From Candidatus Methanoperedens sp. (GTDB lineage: Archaea; Halobacteriota; Methanosarcinia; Methanosarcinales; Methanoperedenaceae): a stretch of 32,000 nucleotides of DNA. This document shows positions 15,001-21,990 of the stretch, piece by piece (the stretch's first letter is position 1; each line of letters starts with the position of its first letter). A model generated the notes under the pieces. That model did not search any database. It was not told where the DNA came from and was given only the letters and a program-made list of their open reading frames with translations. The stretch spans positions 90,001-122,000 of the forward strand of contig JAPZAR010000007.1 of NCBI GenBank assembly GCA_027460535.1, read 5' to 3'. Made by a program: the position numbers and the translations under genes.

Positions 15001-16771
15001 GTCGTGAAAAAGGCAGCTCGCCCTCGACAGAGATAATAGTGGTAACATTGACATTACCGCCCGAGTTTATGCTTGTAGGCTCAAAAGTTATGTTAACGCT
15101 CAGGAATGGCACATCTTTTATGCCTATATTCACCGAAAAGTTTACAGTGCCATTGGACGCGATAATAGTCGCATTTCCAACTAGGGTTTTGCTTGTAAAA
15201 ACAGCCTGAATCATACCATTTGCATCAGTTGTTGAATTGATTATATCCGTGGCGTTAATACCTGCAACCGTGAGGTTTCCAAGGGCTGGGATGGTGTTGT
15301 TAAGTGTTACATTTATGCCCGGAATGGAGTGCCCCCATTCATCAAGTGATGTAAGAATAATAGAAGCGTTATGGTTGCCTTTAATATTCTGGGAGAGCAA
15401 GGTATCCGGGGAAGAATAAATAACAATTCTATTAAGGTCTCCTTCAACAAAACTCAAGTTGATACTACCGGTTATATTGGTGGGGCCGGTCTCATCCTCA
15501 TAACGGGCTGTGACAGTTACAATTTCTACATAGGGTGTTGGTCCTATAAGAGTTACAGCAGCCCCATTATTATTCAAGGGTATTATAACGGAACCTAATG
15601 AAGTGGTGAAAAGTACCTGTTTTGTAATTGGAACGCTCCTTGGAAATACGGGATTGAGGAACTCATCAACGACCTGTGCTGTGAGCCTGTATGCATCTTT
15701 GTTATTGGCATGAACCGCATCAGGAGTATGGCTAAGAAGAATTTCTGTAGCATCATCTGCAATTCCTTCGATGGTAATAAATGTATTAATGTTCCCGACT
15801 GTTATATTTATGAGGTTTTCGCCCGCACGCTTATCTGCTCTAAAAACGGTCGAAGTAAACCCATTTAGATTGGTGATATTGATTTCGGGAGTGAGATTTA
15901 GTGAATTATATTCAATTGGGCTATTATATTTTGTAGCAGGGGGTGGCGTAGCATTGAAGATCACAGCAGCATCTCCTATGGGGTTGTCATACATATCCCA
16001 TGCACCCACAGTTATTATTGAAGATGTATTCACCGTGCATTCCTTATAATAATCCACTGATATGTAGGAAAGCGCAGCCGGCGTGAATGTTATATTGAAA
16101 GTGTTTGTTGTGTTCCCCACCTTTGCTGTAATGGTAATATTCCCAGCTACCGTGGAATTGATGTTCAGAAGTATGCTTGAGGAGTTAGATGTGGAATTTA
16201 CAAGGGTCACACTGCTCCGGTCAGCAACAAGGTGCGTCAGTGCAAAGGATGCCCTTGTAATGTTCACCTGGTTTATTGTTTCTCCAAGAATGTCAAATAT
16301 CTGAATATTAAGTGTCATATTCGCAGTAGAATTTGTGTTATTGTATTGGTCGTATGCAGATAGATTCACTACTGTGGCATTGCCTACTACAAGCGGGTTT
16401 TGAGTGACATTAACAGCTATGAAAGCGGGCTCTCCTGGAAAGAAAGTCACATTTGTGGTATTATACACAGCTCCAACACTTGCGTTTATAGTAGCTACAC
16501 CGGAAATAGTTGAATTAATCCTTGTCGTGGCCATACCTGACGAATCGGTATATGCCGATGTCGTGCCTAGACTGCCGAGAGTTGTGGTGAAGTTGATAAG
16601 GGTGTTGTCCTGGGGAGTGGAGTTATCCAGGACTTGTACAGATATGTTCACACTCTCATCCACTGTTGTCTGGGAAGGGTAAGATGAGATTTCCACATCT
16701 ACGCCTGCAGCCAATCCAGTGAGCATTATTGTTAAAGTGAGCGTGAAAAAGAGATTTTTAATAGTATGCAT
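12086..16771 (-). CDS. Giant secreted surface adhesin: Sec signal, about six Ig-like (Big_1/invasin-like) repeats, nested vWA domains, CUB-like and other beta-sandwich inserts, C-terminal Ig-like domain
   Basis: A single 4.7-kb ORF. The track start is TTG at 16777, but the likely start is ATG at 16771, preceded by GAGGGT. The signal sequence is LTLTIMLTGLAAG. Two MIDAS DxSGS motifs (LVLDTSGSMD and LVSDTSGSMDD) are present, along with SGGTPTALAI, ILLSDG, GLTAIDEGL, VLMTDG and IYTIGFG. N-x-S/T sequons are extremely dense. Confidence 0.9.
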   Translation of the reverse strand: MHTIKNLFFTLTLTIMLTGLAAGVDVEISSYPSQTTVDESVNISVQVLDNSTPQDNTLINFTTTLGSLGTTSAYTDSSGMATTRINSTISGVATINASVGAVYNTTNVTFFPGEPAFIAVNVTQNPLVVGNATVVNLSAYDQYNNTNSTANMTLNIQIFDILGETINQVNITRASFALTHLVADRSSVTLVNSTSNSSSILLNINSTVAGNITITAKVGNTTNTFNITFTPAALSYISVDYYKECTVNTSSIITVGAWDMYDNPIGDAAVIFNATPPPATKYNSPIEYNSLNLTPEINITNLNGFTSTVFRADKRAGENLINITVGNINTFITIEGIADDATEILLSHTPDAVHANNKDAYRLTAQVVDEFLNPVFPRSVPITKQVLFTTSLGSVIIPLNNNGAAVTLIGPTPYVEIVTVTARYEDETGPTNITGSINLSFVEGDLNRIVIYSSPDTLLSQNIKGNHNASIILTSLDEWGHSIPGINVTLNNTIPALGNLTVAGINATDIINSTTDANGMIQAVFTSKTLVGNATIIASNGTVNFSVNIGIKDVPFLSVNITFEPTSINSGGNVNVTTIISVEGELPFSRPAANAMLVLDTSGSMDPDYYAGTPLDIMLVSDTSGSMDDPIVNTTKKIDAVKTAAKQFNSNMISNDRVGLLTFSGTTTKLYDLTYDMTSINQKIDAQSASGGTPTALAIRNAANYLKNNTRPGARPYIILLSDGLPTYDLKGNYCDDSYPSCSSPTYDALKEANTAKTTFINNNSFIKIYTIGFGRDADNATMSAIASPGSYYYAATPGQLQDIYNNIAQQISDFDITTRQYGTDGFTSYSYAASGIANSTVNWTDTITLNDIVTDFKVFIDNVNLNFTLTSPNGTKYPKSIESGFVNRTGYYNSGIGKYVWIAPVPGVYDPVEDNNNTILTGNWIISVNGSGAFNITTYIDKKSAVKLASHSFISSFDPIRGDRVGLAAYSSDPNPPNITNSGNQTSYIRNGSTWVGYFTGGNTMSTSWAVKYPSSGNYPDNQNLTWNKTVPGASQIRVHFTKIDVEGDHDFVNISDGKNNLIASYTNYGTWPGANISDVWSPWVKGDTIKIRFTSDASYHVSGFQTDTVETLTNYTFNLTWPDANDKLALYLFQSATLINQSHNHSGFETLSAPIYSGTDYNIEVDGVNISSETSFNIAASQNLNWKQYSGRVTSTLNDSYPTLDHLNNSVDTITSVGLTAIDEGLYQANNEFSNVSGNSAIVLMTDGLDNAGYHSMLLEAQSARKHNTTIYTIGFGTNESEVDPGLSDIANITGGQYYFAPNTSVLQNIFRGIASNITNFSAHGPTLNLQIPHNYVTGLSLATATYISNSSNATTNIGTNFTVPTYPAKGNAEPNVTTVGNVSTLSWVLPSLNPGEKWGVWYQLGVQGAGYVPLILPTSNISYTDLNGTFITVNIIWSGGANLGGGGAGVNYIALGDIQLSANPPVVFTGEPSNIMVTATYVDGNPAIANVTLYTDLGYFNNLQNPLDGMTVSGSGFANFVSVTAGQALIKAVGSNGNNSVMGSIVIVVKPKGRIIVS

Positions 16772-16922
16772 GGACAATACCCTCTATCTGGGATTTATTT
16801 TAACACATAGTCTCCTTCTTTTACTGTTACCTTGTGCTCATAAATACTTTTGCATGCTCATAATAAGCATTATCATAAATAATCATATTGATAATATCAA
16901 ACCAAACCTAGGTTTATTTTAA

Positions 16923-17654
16923 TCAGGTAATATCTACGTCTACCAAGTGCCGTCCTACGACTAGCATGGTGTTGTTTCGGCTTGCTATAAGGCTAGAGTC
17001 TGTGGAATTTGTTGTGGTAAAACCTATGTTTTCAAGATAGCTTCTCCATTCTGATGCATAAGTACTGTTGATTTTAAGCGTTACATTCACCAAGCTTGAG
17101 GTTTTATTAATAATGCTTTCGTTGTATCTCAAGTTGAGGGTGACAATACCATTGCCGCTTACTACTGAATCTCCTTGTATCAAAACAACGCCTATGGTGG
17201 TTATATTGGTTCCGTTCATCGAGCTCGTATAAATGCGTGGACTTGAAACAATTACACTTCCATCAGGGTATCGTTTCCATACGCCTCCATTTTCATAGGT
17301 TAGAAACTTATCATTTCTCTGGTACTCTATCTCTCCGCTAACCAGGTGTAGAGTTTCATCAGCATACTCTATAGTGATGTTTGAATTCTCTGTTGCCAAG
17401 AGGGCTGCTCCTTGGAGTTGAATTTGCAGGTTTTTCACTGGTATATGATCAAACGCCACCATTTTAATGTCACTTTGGAGGAGTATGAAGCTCTGCTCTG
17501 TACTTTCGAATATACTCGAATCCATACTTGATTGAAGCATAGGGTAGCCTGCTACATATATCAGGCTCATGGAAAGTATCACTATTGCAAATATGTAGAC
17601 GAATCCTATGGTTTCAACCACGGCGGCTTCCTTTTTGTCATCTTCTTGAATCAT
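16923..17654 (-). CDS. Pilin-like protein 5 (archaeal type IV pilin-like N-terminus)
   Basis: 243 aa. The N-terminus MIQEDDKKEAAVVETIGFVYIFAIVILSMSLIYV has a charged leader followed by a hydrophobic helix. It overlaps the upstream gene by 17 nt. Confidence 0.75.
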   Translation of the reverse strand: MIQEDDKKEAAVVETIGFVYIFAIVILSMSLIYVAGYPMLQSSMDSSIFESTEQSFILLQSDIKMVAFDHIPVKNLQIQLQGAALLATENSNITIEYADETLHLVSGEIEYQRNDKFLTYENGGVWKRYPDGSVIVSSPRIYTSSMNGTNITTIGVVLIQGDSVVSGNGIVTLNLRYNESIINKTSSLVNVTLKINSTYASEWRSYLENIGFTTTNSTDSSLIASRNNTMLVVGRHLVDVDIT

Positions 17655-18081
17655 AGCTTATCCAGTGAGTTGAATTGCTGCTATATGCAGTGCCGTTTAT
17701 AAGCATTGAACTTGCAATACCGTTTATTGTAACACTAACACTTTTCTCTGTTGTTGTAGAGTTGACATCAATAATCTCGTCTGTTCCCGCCAAATCGGCG
17801 TTAATTATGTATGTTTCTCTTCCGATCTCTGACGGGATTTTATATTCTGTTTCAATATATCCGTTCTCTGGAGCTATCAGATACATGTCCGTAATTGTGG
17901 AACTTATCAGATTGCCTATGCCCCTGTATTGTTCTTTCACCACAATGTTGCTTGGACCTTTTATCAATATATCATTCGCATTTAGAAGAACTATTACGCT
18001 AAAAACCATGAATATTCCAGAAAACAGGATGTATGCCAAAGTCATAGAAACAGCATCTTCGCCTTTGGTAAATGATTTCAT
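17638..18081 (-). CDS. Pilin-like protein 4
   Basis: 147 aa. The N-terminus is MKSFTKGEDAVSMTLAYILFSGIFMVFSVIVLL, of the xxAVS type. Its start overlaps the upstream stop in an ATGA. Confidence 0.75.
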   Translation of the reverse strand: MKSFTKGEDAVSMTLAYILFSGIFMVFSVIVLLNANDILIKGPSNIVVKEQYRGIGNLISSTITDMYLIAPENGYIETEYKIPSEIGRETYIINADLAGTDEIIDVNSTTTEKSVSVTINGIASSMLINGTAYSSNSTHWISYDSRR

Positions 18082-18530
18082 TGTTTCATCTCTATTATTT
18101 CAGGCTCTGAAGCGTAACGTGTAATACCGTCATTGTAGCTTATGTTCAACCATATTAGGTCGATATTGTGGTTGGAATTGAATACGGCTTTTGATAAGGT
18201 GATGTCTACTGTTTCACCGTGGATGGCGTAAATCATGCTCACTTGTGCATTGTAACTGCTGAGAAGCACAGTGAAGTTGGAGAGTACAGTCTCATTGCCT
18301 GTATGGTTAAGCTCCCATGCAAGTTGTGCAAGACTTTTCGCACTTTCTTGTGTTTGCGCTGTGATCTCTCTTATCGTTTCTTTGGGGAATTCAAGGGCCG
18401 CGTAGGATGAGTAGTAGTCTGTTACCGCAGCCTGGTTGATAAGCACTGCAACCAGAACCAGCGATAGGGATGTTGCGAGACCCGAAAGCGCTATCCATTG
18501 ACCATCAGTATCATCAATTACACTCGCCAT
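18078..18530 (-). CDS. Pilin-like protein 3
   Basis: 150 aa. The N-terminus is MASVIDDTDG|QWIALSGLATSLSLVLVAVLI. It overlaps the upstream gene by 13 nt. Confidence 0.7.
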   Translation of the reverse strand: MASVIDDTDGQWIALSGLATSLSLVLVAVLINQAAVTDYYSSYAALEFPKETIREITAQTQESAKSLAQLAWELNHTGNETVLSNFTVLLSSYNAQVSMIYAIHGETVDITLSKAVFNSNHNIDLIWLNISYNDGITRYASEPEIIEMKQ

Positions 18531-19030
18531 GCTATAAGTCTCACCTCTACCACTTTTAGATCATCTGATGATACGTTCCATGCACCGCCAGCCTGTATCA
18601 CCGTAGAGTTGTATAGCGTTACAAGGCGGGTGGTAACCACGGAATTCTCAACAGGTGCACCGTGTATTATAGCATGCTTTACTGCAAGGGTACCGTTTTC
18701 GGCGTATGCAAAATCAATATTGTAAATAACACCATTTAGCTGTTTGTCTATCTCAGTGTCGAGTGCCAGGAGGCTGTTGCTTTGCGGCGTTGCTTCTGTC
18801 ATATTCCACCCTGCCACGAGTTCTGTCAAGTTGAACTGGAGGGCTGTTCCTGGCGCCATGTCAAGCATCGCCAGGGTATCCGCTGCAATCTGTTTAAGCT
18901 GTACATCCATGGCAAGCCCGCTTTGAGGAGTGACGATAACTGAACTTTTAGCTATAAGCGCTACTGTTAAAACCATCAGAGATGCGGCAAAAAATCCTTC
19001 AATAGTGTGAATCTGAGCTTCCTCGTTCAT
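18518..19030 (-). CDS. Pilin-like protein 2
   Basis: The track start is GTG at 19036. The ATG at 19030 overlaps the upstream stop (ATGA) and is preceded by GGAGGTG. The N-terminus is MNEEA|QIHTIEGFFAASLMVLTVALIA. Confidence 0.7.
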   Translation of the reverse strand: MNEEAQIHTIEGFFAASLMVLTVALIAKSSVIVTPQSGLAMDVQLKQIAADTLAMLDMAPGTALQFNLTELVAGWNMTEATPQSNSLLALDTEIDKQLNGVIYNIDFAYAENGTLAVKHAIIHGAPVENSVVTTRLVTLYNSTVIQAGGAWNVSSDDLKVVEVRLIAWRV

Positions 19031-19998
19031 TTCCACACCTCCAGCACGAGAGACGCCGGCTCATATAGCGGTTCGACTTTGGCTGTATATTCGATATATG
19101 GAGGCCCTGTTCGAATGAAGCTCATTTGAGCGAAGTTGAGCTCTAACTGATAAGTAGTATTGAATGGAAACAAGGTGTGGTTGAAGATTAAGCGTAACGT
19201 ATCTGTATGGTTCAATGGATCTGAGTAGGTAAAAAAATCACTGATATTTGTTCTCTTGTACGCGATGTAATCAGAGGTTATGTTGAGGTCGCTGCCATTC
19301 AATTTTGCCCTTTTGAAACTGGCAGTAATAGGATCTGCTATATTAAAATCTATTATCTGTATTATCACATCCTCACTCTGGGGTCCACTGATGTTAATAA
19401 GTGCGTTGTCATCCGCTATCGGTGGTTCATTAGTTAATTCATCAAATCTGATGCTTGCTATATTGCCTGTTTCCACCAGTACCTGTCTTGTTATTTTGAT
19501 TATGTCCTGTGATACGGGGGGTTCCTCTCCAAAAGATATAACGGAACCGTTCATGACCATAATATTGCCACTTTGTTGAAGGGTTATGTTGTAGCCGTAA
19601 TCCACTTGAGAGCCGCTTATTTTGTCGTATAAGCCAAGTTTTCTTGTGAGAACGATTTCATTCAATCTTAAAGCATGCTGTATTTTTGTCTTATTCAGCA
19701 TTCTTGGTGTCTCTGTCTGCCTTGTGCCGGGTGTTATATCCGCAGCCAGGCCTATTCTGCTTATATTTTCCGTGTGCATCTCCCAGTCCGTACCGTTTAG
19801 AGTACTATTTTCCCACCACCCAGGGTCTTCTGAGAGTATGTTGGCTGTTCGATAGGCAACTGAGTTTAGACTTCCTTCTTCTGACACTGATATAAAAAGA
19901 CTCGGAATGAACTGTATTACGAACGCAAATGTGAGAAGAAATAGACTAATCCCCATTAGAAAGTCAACACTAATTTGCCCTTCATCAGTCAAAATCAT
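19027..19998 (-). CDS. Pilin-like protein 1 (class III signal peptide, QxSxxF type)
   Basis: 323 aa. The N-terminus MILTDEG|QISVDFLMGISLFLLTFAFVIQFI resembles the G|Q-x-S-x-E/D-F motif of methanococcal EppA-type prepilins. It is the first gene of the five-gene overlapping set. Confidence 0.75.
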   Translation of the reverse strand: MILTDEGQISVDFLMGISLFLLTFAFVIQFIPSLFISVSEEGSLNSVAYRTANILSEDPGWWENSTLNGTDWEMHTENISRIGLAADITPGTRQTETPRMLNKTKIQHALRLNEIVLTRKLGLYDKISGSQVDYGYNITLQQSGNIMVMNGSVISFGEEPPVSQDIIKITRQVLVETGNIASIRFDELTNEPPIADDNALINISGPQSEDVIIQIIDFNIADPITASFKRAKLNGSDLNITSDYIAYKRTNISDFFTYSDPLNHTDTLRLIFNHTLFPFNTTYQLELNFAQMSFIRTGPPYIEYTAKVEPLYEPASLVLEVWK

Positions 19999-20026
19999 GA
20001 TTATTATTATGATAATAAGATTCTGT

Positions 20027-20037
20027 TATATATAAAA
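20027..20037 (-). promoter_or_regulatory. Candidate TATA box for the pilin-like operon
   Basis: The minus strand reads TTTTATATATA, centred about 34 nt upstream of the ATG at 19998. Confidence 0.35.
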
Positions 20038-20105
20038 CTATTCATCGTTTTTGCATTACAATTTTTTAAAAAAGTTCATCCAGTAGTTCATTTTATCATA
20101 GATGT

Positions 20106-20312
20106 TCATACTAAATGGGGGAAAATACCCTTTTTCATTATTACGCGCCCACAGGCCCATTGACGTTTTGTACGCCTGATTGTGTGAAACCCCAAAGCAT
20201 CTCTCATAATAAAGAGCTTTTCAGAGCACGTCAAGAATTTGCCCCACTTCGTATCCTTGCTTATTATGTTATATACGAAAACCTCTTTAGCATTGTTGTG
20301 GGTAATTAGAAA
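20106..20312 (-). pseudogene. Start-less 68-codon open frame; possible recombinase/transposase remnant
   Basis: The minus-strand frame reads FLITHNNAKEVFVYNIISKDTKWGKFLTCSEKLFIMRDALGFHTIRRTKRQWACGRVIMKKGIFPHLV*. It has no upstream start and is bounded by stop codons. Adjacent frames also contain protein-like stretches. Confidence 0.2.
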
Positions 20313-20626
20313 TCAGCTTTTCTTTCATCTCTCGAAAAGCATTGATTACGTACTGATTCCTATCTTAAGAAAAAATGATTCAATATAGGTGTGGATAAAT
20401 GGGTAGGTTTGGTGGTGATATCTGGATGTGATACATAAATTAACGTCTCGTTCACTTATTTCTCGCATTTGACTATCTTGATCGCTTAAATGAGTTTCAT
20501 TCAGATTTTAATAATCTTGATGCACAAACGTCAATTTAATGTTGATAACTTTTGTGACAACTTGAACTATCCTTTTGTGTACCCGATAGATGATTTAAGA
20601 ATAATAATTTCTGGAGGCAAAGCAAT

Positions 20627-21181
20627 ATGATGGAAAAAATCAAGGATGGAAATATTAGAGCCTGGAACAGCGGAAGATTTAACAGGCTAAGTAAAAATGA
20701 AAGTGCAACGTCGACTCTTATGAGAATCATTATTGTGGCAGTAATCGCAATACTGTCAACCGTGATTGCTACAGTTGCATTCGGATTTAGTATCACAGAA
20801 TTAAAAGTACCTACTGCGAGTATAACCGTAGCAAACATTCCCGGTACCATAGGAATCGCTGACATGAAAATAGTACACAGAGGTGGAGATAGACTAGCAG
20901 GTGGGGACTGGAAGATATCCATTGTTCCTGTCGGACATCCACCCGCCTATATCGCTTCGAGTCCGGGCAGCGATTTTGTGGAAGGAAACCAGATAATAAC
21001 CGCATATGTAACAGATTTTCCTGGAGCCACTTATAATGTGACCAATACTGGCGTTAATATCATTAGTGGCGATAGTCCTGCTGCGAGATTATCATTTGGC
21101 CAGGAATACGATGTCAAAATTATGGTCTACCCCTCCAAAACTATGGTACTTGACACAGTTCTACCCAAGTTTAAAAGATAG
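20627..21181 (+). CDS. Archaeal type IV pilin, DUF1628 (Pilin_N)-like
   Basis: 184 aa. GGAGG lies 8 nt upstream. The N-terminal helix is ATSTLMRIIIVAVIAILSTVIATVAFGF, followed by the family-typical MKIVHRGGDRLAGGDWKISIV block. Confidence 0.8.
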   Translation: MMEKIKDGNIRAWNSGRFNRLSKNESATSTLMRIIIVAVIAILSTVIATVAFGFSITELKVPTASITVANIPGTIGIADMKIVHRGGDRLAGGDWKISIVPVGHPPAYIASSPGSDFVEGNQIITAYVTDFPGATYNVTNTGVNIISGDSPAARLSFGQEYDVKIMVYPSKTMVLDTVLPKFKR

Positions 21182-21257
21182 CTTTATAATTTAATCAAAA
21201 GATTTACTTCTAAAGCTTGGGATTTAGGTATTTCCTTCGGGAATTGTTGTCACCAAC

Positions 21258-21265
21258 TTTTTTTT
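21258..21265. terminator. T8/A-run tract, candidate bidirectional oligo-T terminator
   Basis: The sequence CTTTTTTTTAAAAAATTAAAAAAT lies 77 nt after the pilin stop codon. It reads as oligo-T on both strands. Confidence 0.3.
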
Positions 21266-21396
21266 AAAAAATTAAAAAATAATAATCAATTTGGCATAGT
21301 ATTAAACTACTTAACCAACCATTTCTTTCAGAGACAGGCATTTTTTTCCCGTTAATCCCTGCTCTTCCAGATAACGATCAGTTGTTAAGAGCATCT

Positions 21397-21516
21397 TCAA
21401 AGCAACCTACCATCGTATCCAGTAAAACCTTGAGAAGTCGCTACAGCTTCTAAGCGCCCCATTGCCTTTGTAAAACCACTATCGTGGCCGTGAATATCAT
21501 CCACTTTTTGAGTCAT
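21397..21516 (-). CDS. 39-codon ORF, probably the 5' fragment of a decayed gene
   Basis: GGAGGTG sits immediately upstream of the ATG at 21516. Translation is MTQKVDDIHGHDSGFTKAMGRLEAVATSQGFTGYDGRLL*. Protein-like sequence continues in shifted frames down to about 21300. Confidence 0.25.
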   Translation of the reverse strand: MTQKVDDIHGHDSGFTKAMGRLEAVATSQGFTGYDGRLL

Positions 21517-21562
21517 CACCTCCTAAATATGAGTTATAGGAGTATATGCCTTTCTTGTAGGC

Positions 21563-21579
21563 TCCCGATCGGAGTACTT
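21563..21579 (+). repeat. Distal copy of the tRNA-Glu 3'-end block (attR-like)
   Basis: TCCCGATCGGAGTACTT matches 11878-11894 at 16 of 17 positions, in the same orientation. Confidence 0.5.
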
Positions 21580-21606
21580 CTTTACCAAATTCAAAAAGGT
21601 TGGAAG

Positions 21607-21789
21607 TCACTTCTTTACACGTACCCTGGATATGATCCTTTTTTCGGGGACTTTATACGCCCACCTGCTGAAACCGTTAATATACAATATTCTTTCGCGG
21701 CGTTTCTTTTCGATGAATTGAACATCACCCTTTTCAATTTCACCCGATTCAAGTTTAAATTTGACGATGTCACCTATAGAATATTTCAT
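21607..21789 (-). CDS. Small basic protein, function unknown (SH3/KOW-like by eye)
   Basis: The track start is GTG at 21804. The ATG at 21789 has GGAGG 8 nt upstream. Translation begins MKYSIGDIVKFKLESGEIEKGDVQFIEKK... Confidence 0.6.
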   Translation of the reverse strand: MKYSIGDIVKFKLESGEIEKGDVQFIEKKRRERILYINGFSRWAYKVPEKRIISRVRVKK

Positions 21790-21990
21790 ACATTCAACCT
21801 CCACGTTTTTCTTTGTTTGTTCAATTTTCCGTTTCAGTTCGAATGTTGCTAATAATTATGATTAGTATCATAATCATTAGTATCATTGTGACCATTTGTA
21901 TACATATCCAAGTACATAAAAGTATCGATTTTATCGAGCACACATTTTTTTGCAATAGATTTATTAGACTCTCATACATTTCGTACATGC

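Larger units (their letters stand above)
11878..21579. mobile_element. Putative decayed integrated island bounded by a direct repeat of the tRNA-Glu 3' end
   Basis: TCCCGATCGGAGCACTT (11878-11894) and TCCCGATCGGAGTACTT (21563-21579) are direct repeats, 16/17 identical. The interior holds only accessory surface genes and decayed ORFs, looks AT-richer by spot counts, and has no intact integrase. Confidence 0.35.

Noticed and set aside
12108-16922. About a dozen 60-100-aa plus-strand ORFs inside and just upstream of the giant adhesin gene
   Set aside because: They are all antisense to one uninterrupted 4.7-kb ORF with clear domain motifs. Their hydrophobic, low-complexity translations mirror the sense-strand N/T/S/V/I-rich codons.
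17675-19895. Plus-strand ORFs antisense to the pilin-like genes (for example 17675-18124, 149 aa)
   Set aside because: The minus-strand set shows coupled overlaps, RBSs and consistent class III-like N-termini. The plus-strand ORFs lack all of these.
19975-20309. Plus-strand ORFs 19975-20163 and 20115-20309 in the divergent spacer
   Set aside because: They have no RBS and AT-rich low-complexity translations. The second is antisense to the more protein-like minus-strand remnant frame.
20536-21005. Minus-strand ORFs (128 and 64 aa) overlapping the DUF1628-type pilin gene
   Set aside because: The plus-strand gene has a GGAGG RBS and family motifs (hydrophobic N-helix, HRGGD), whereas the antisense ORFs have none.
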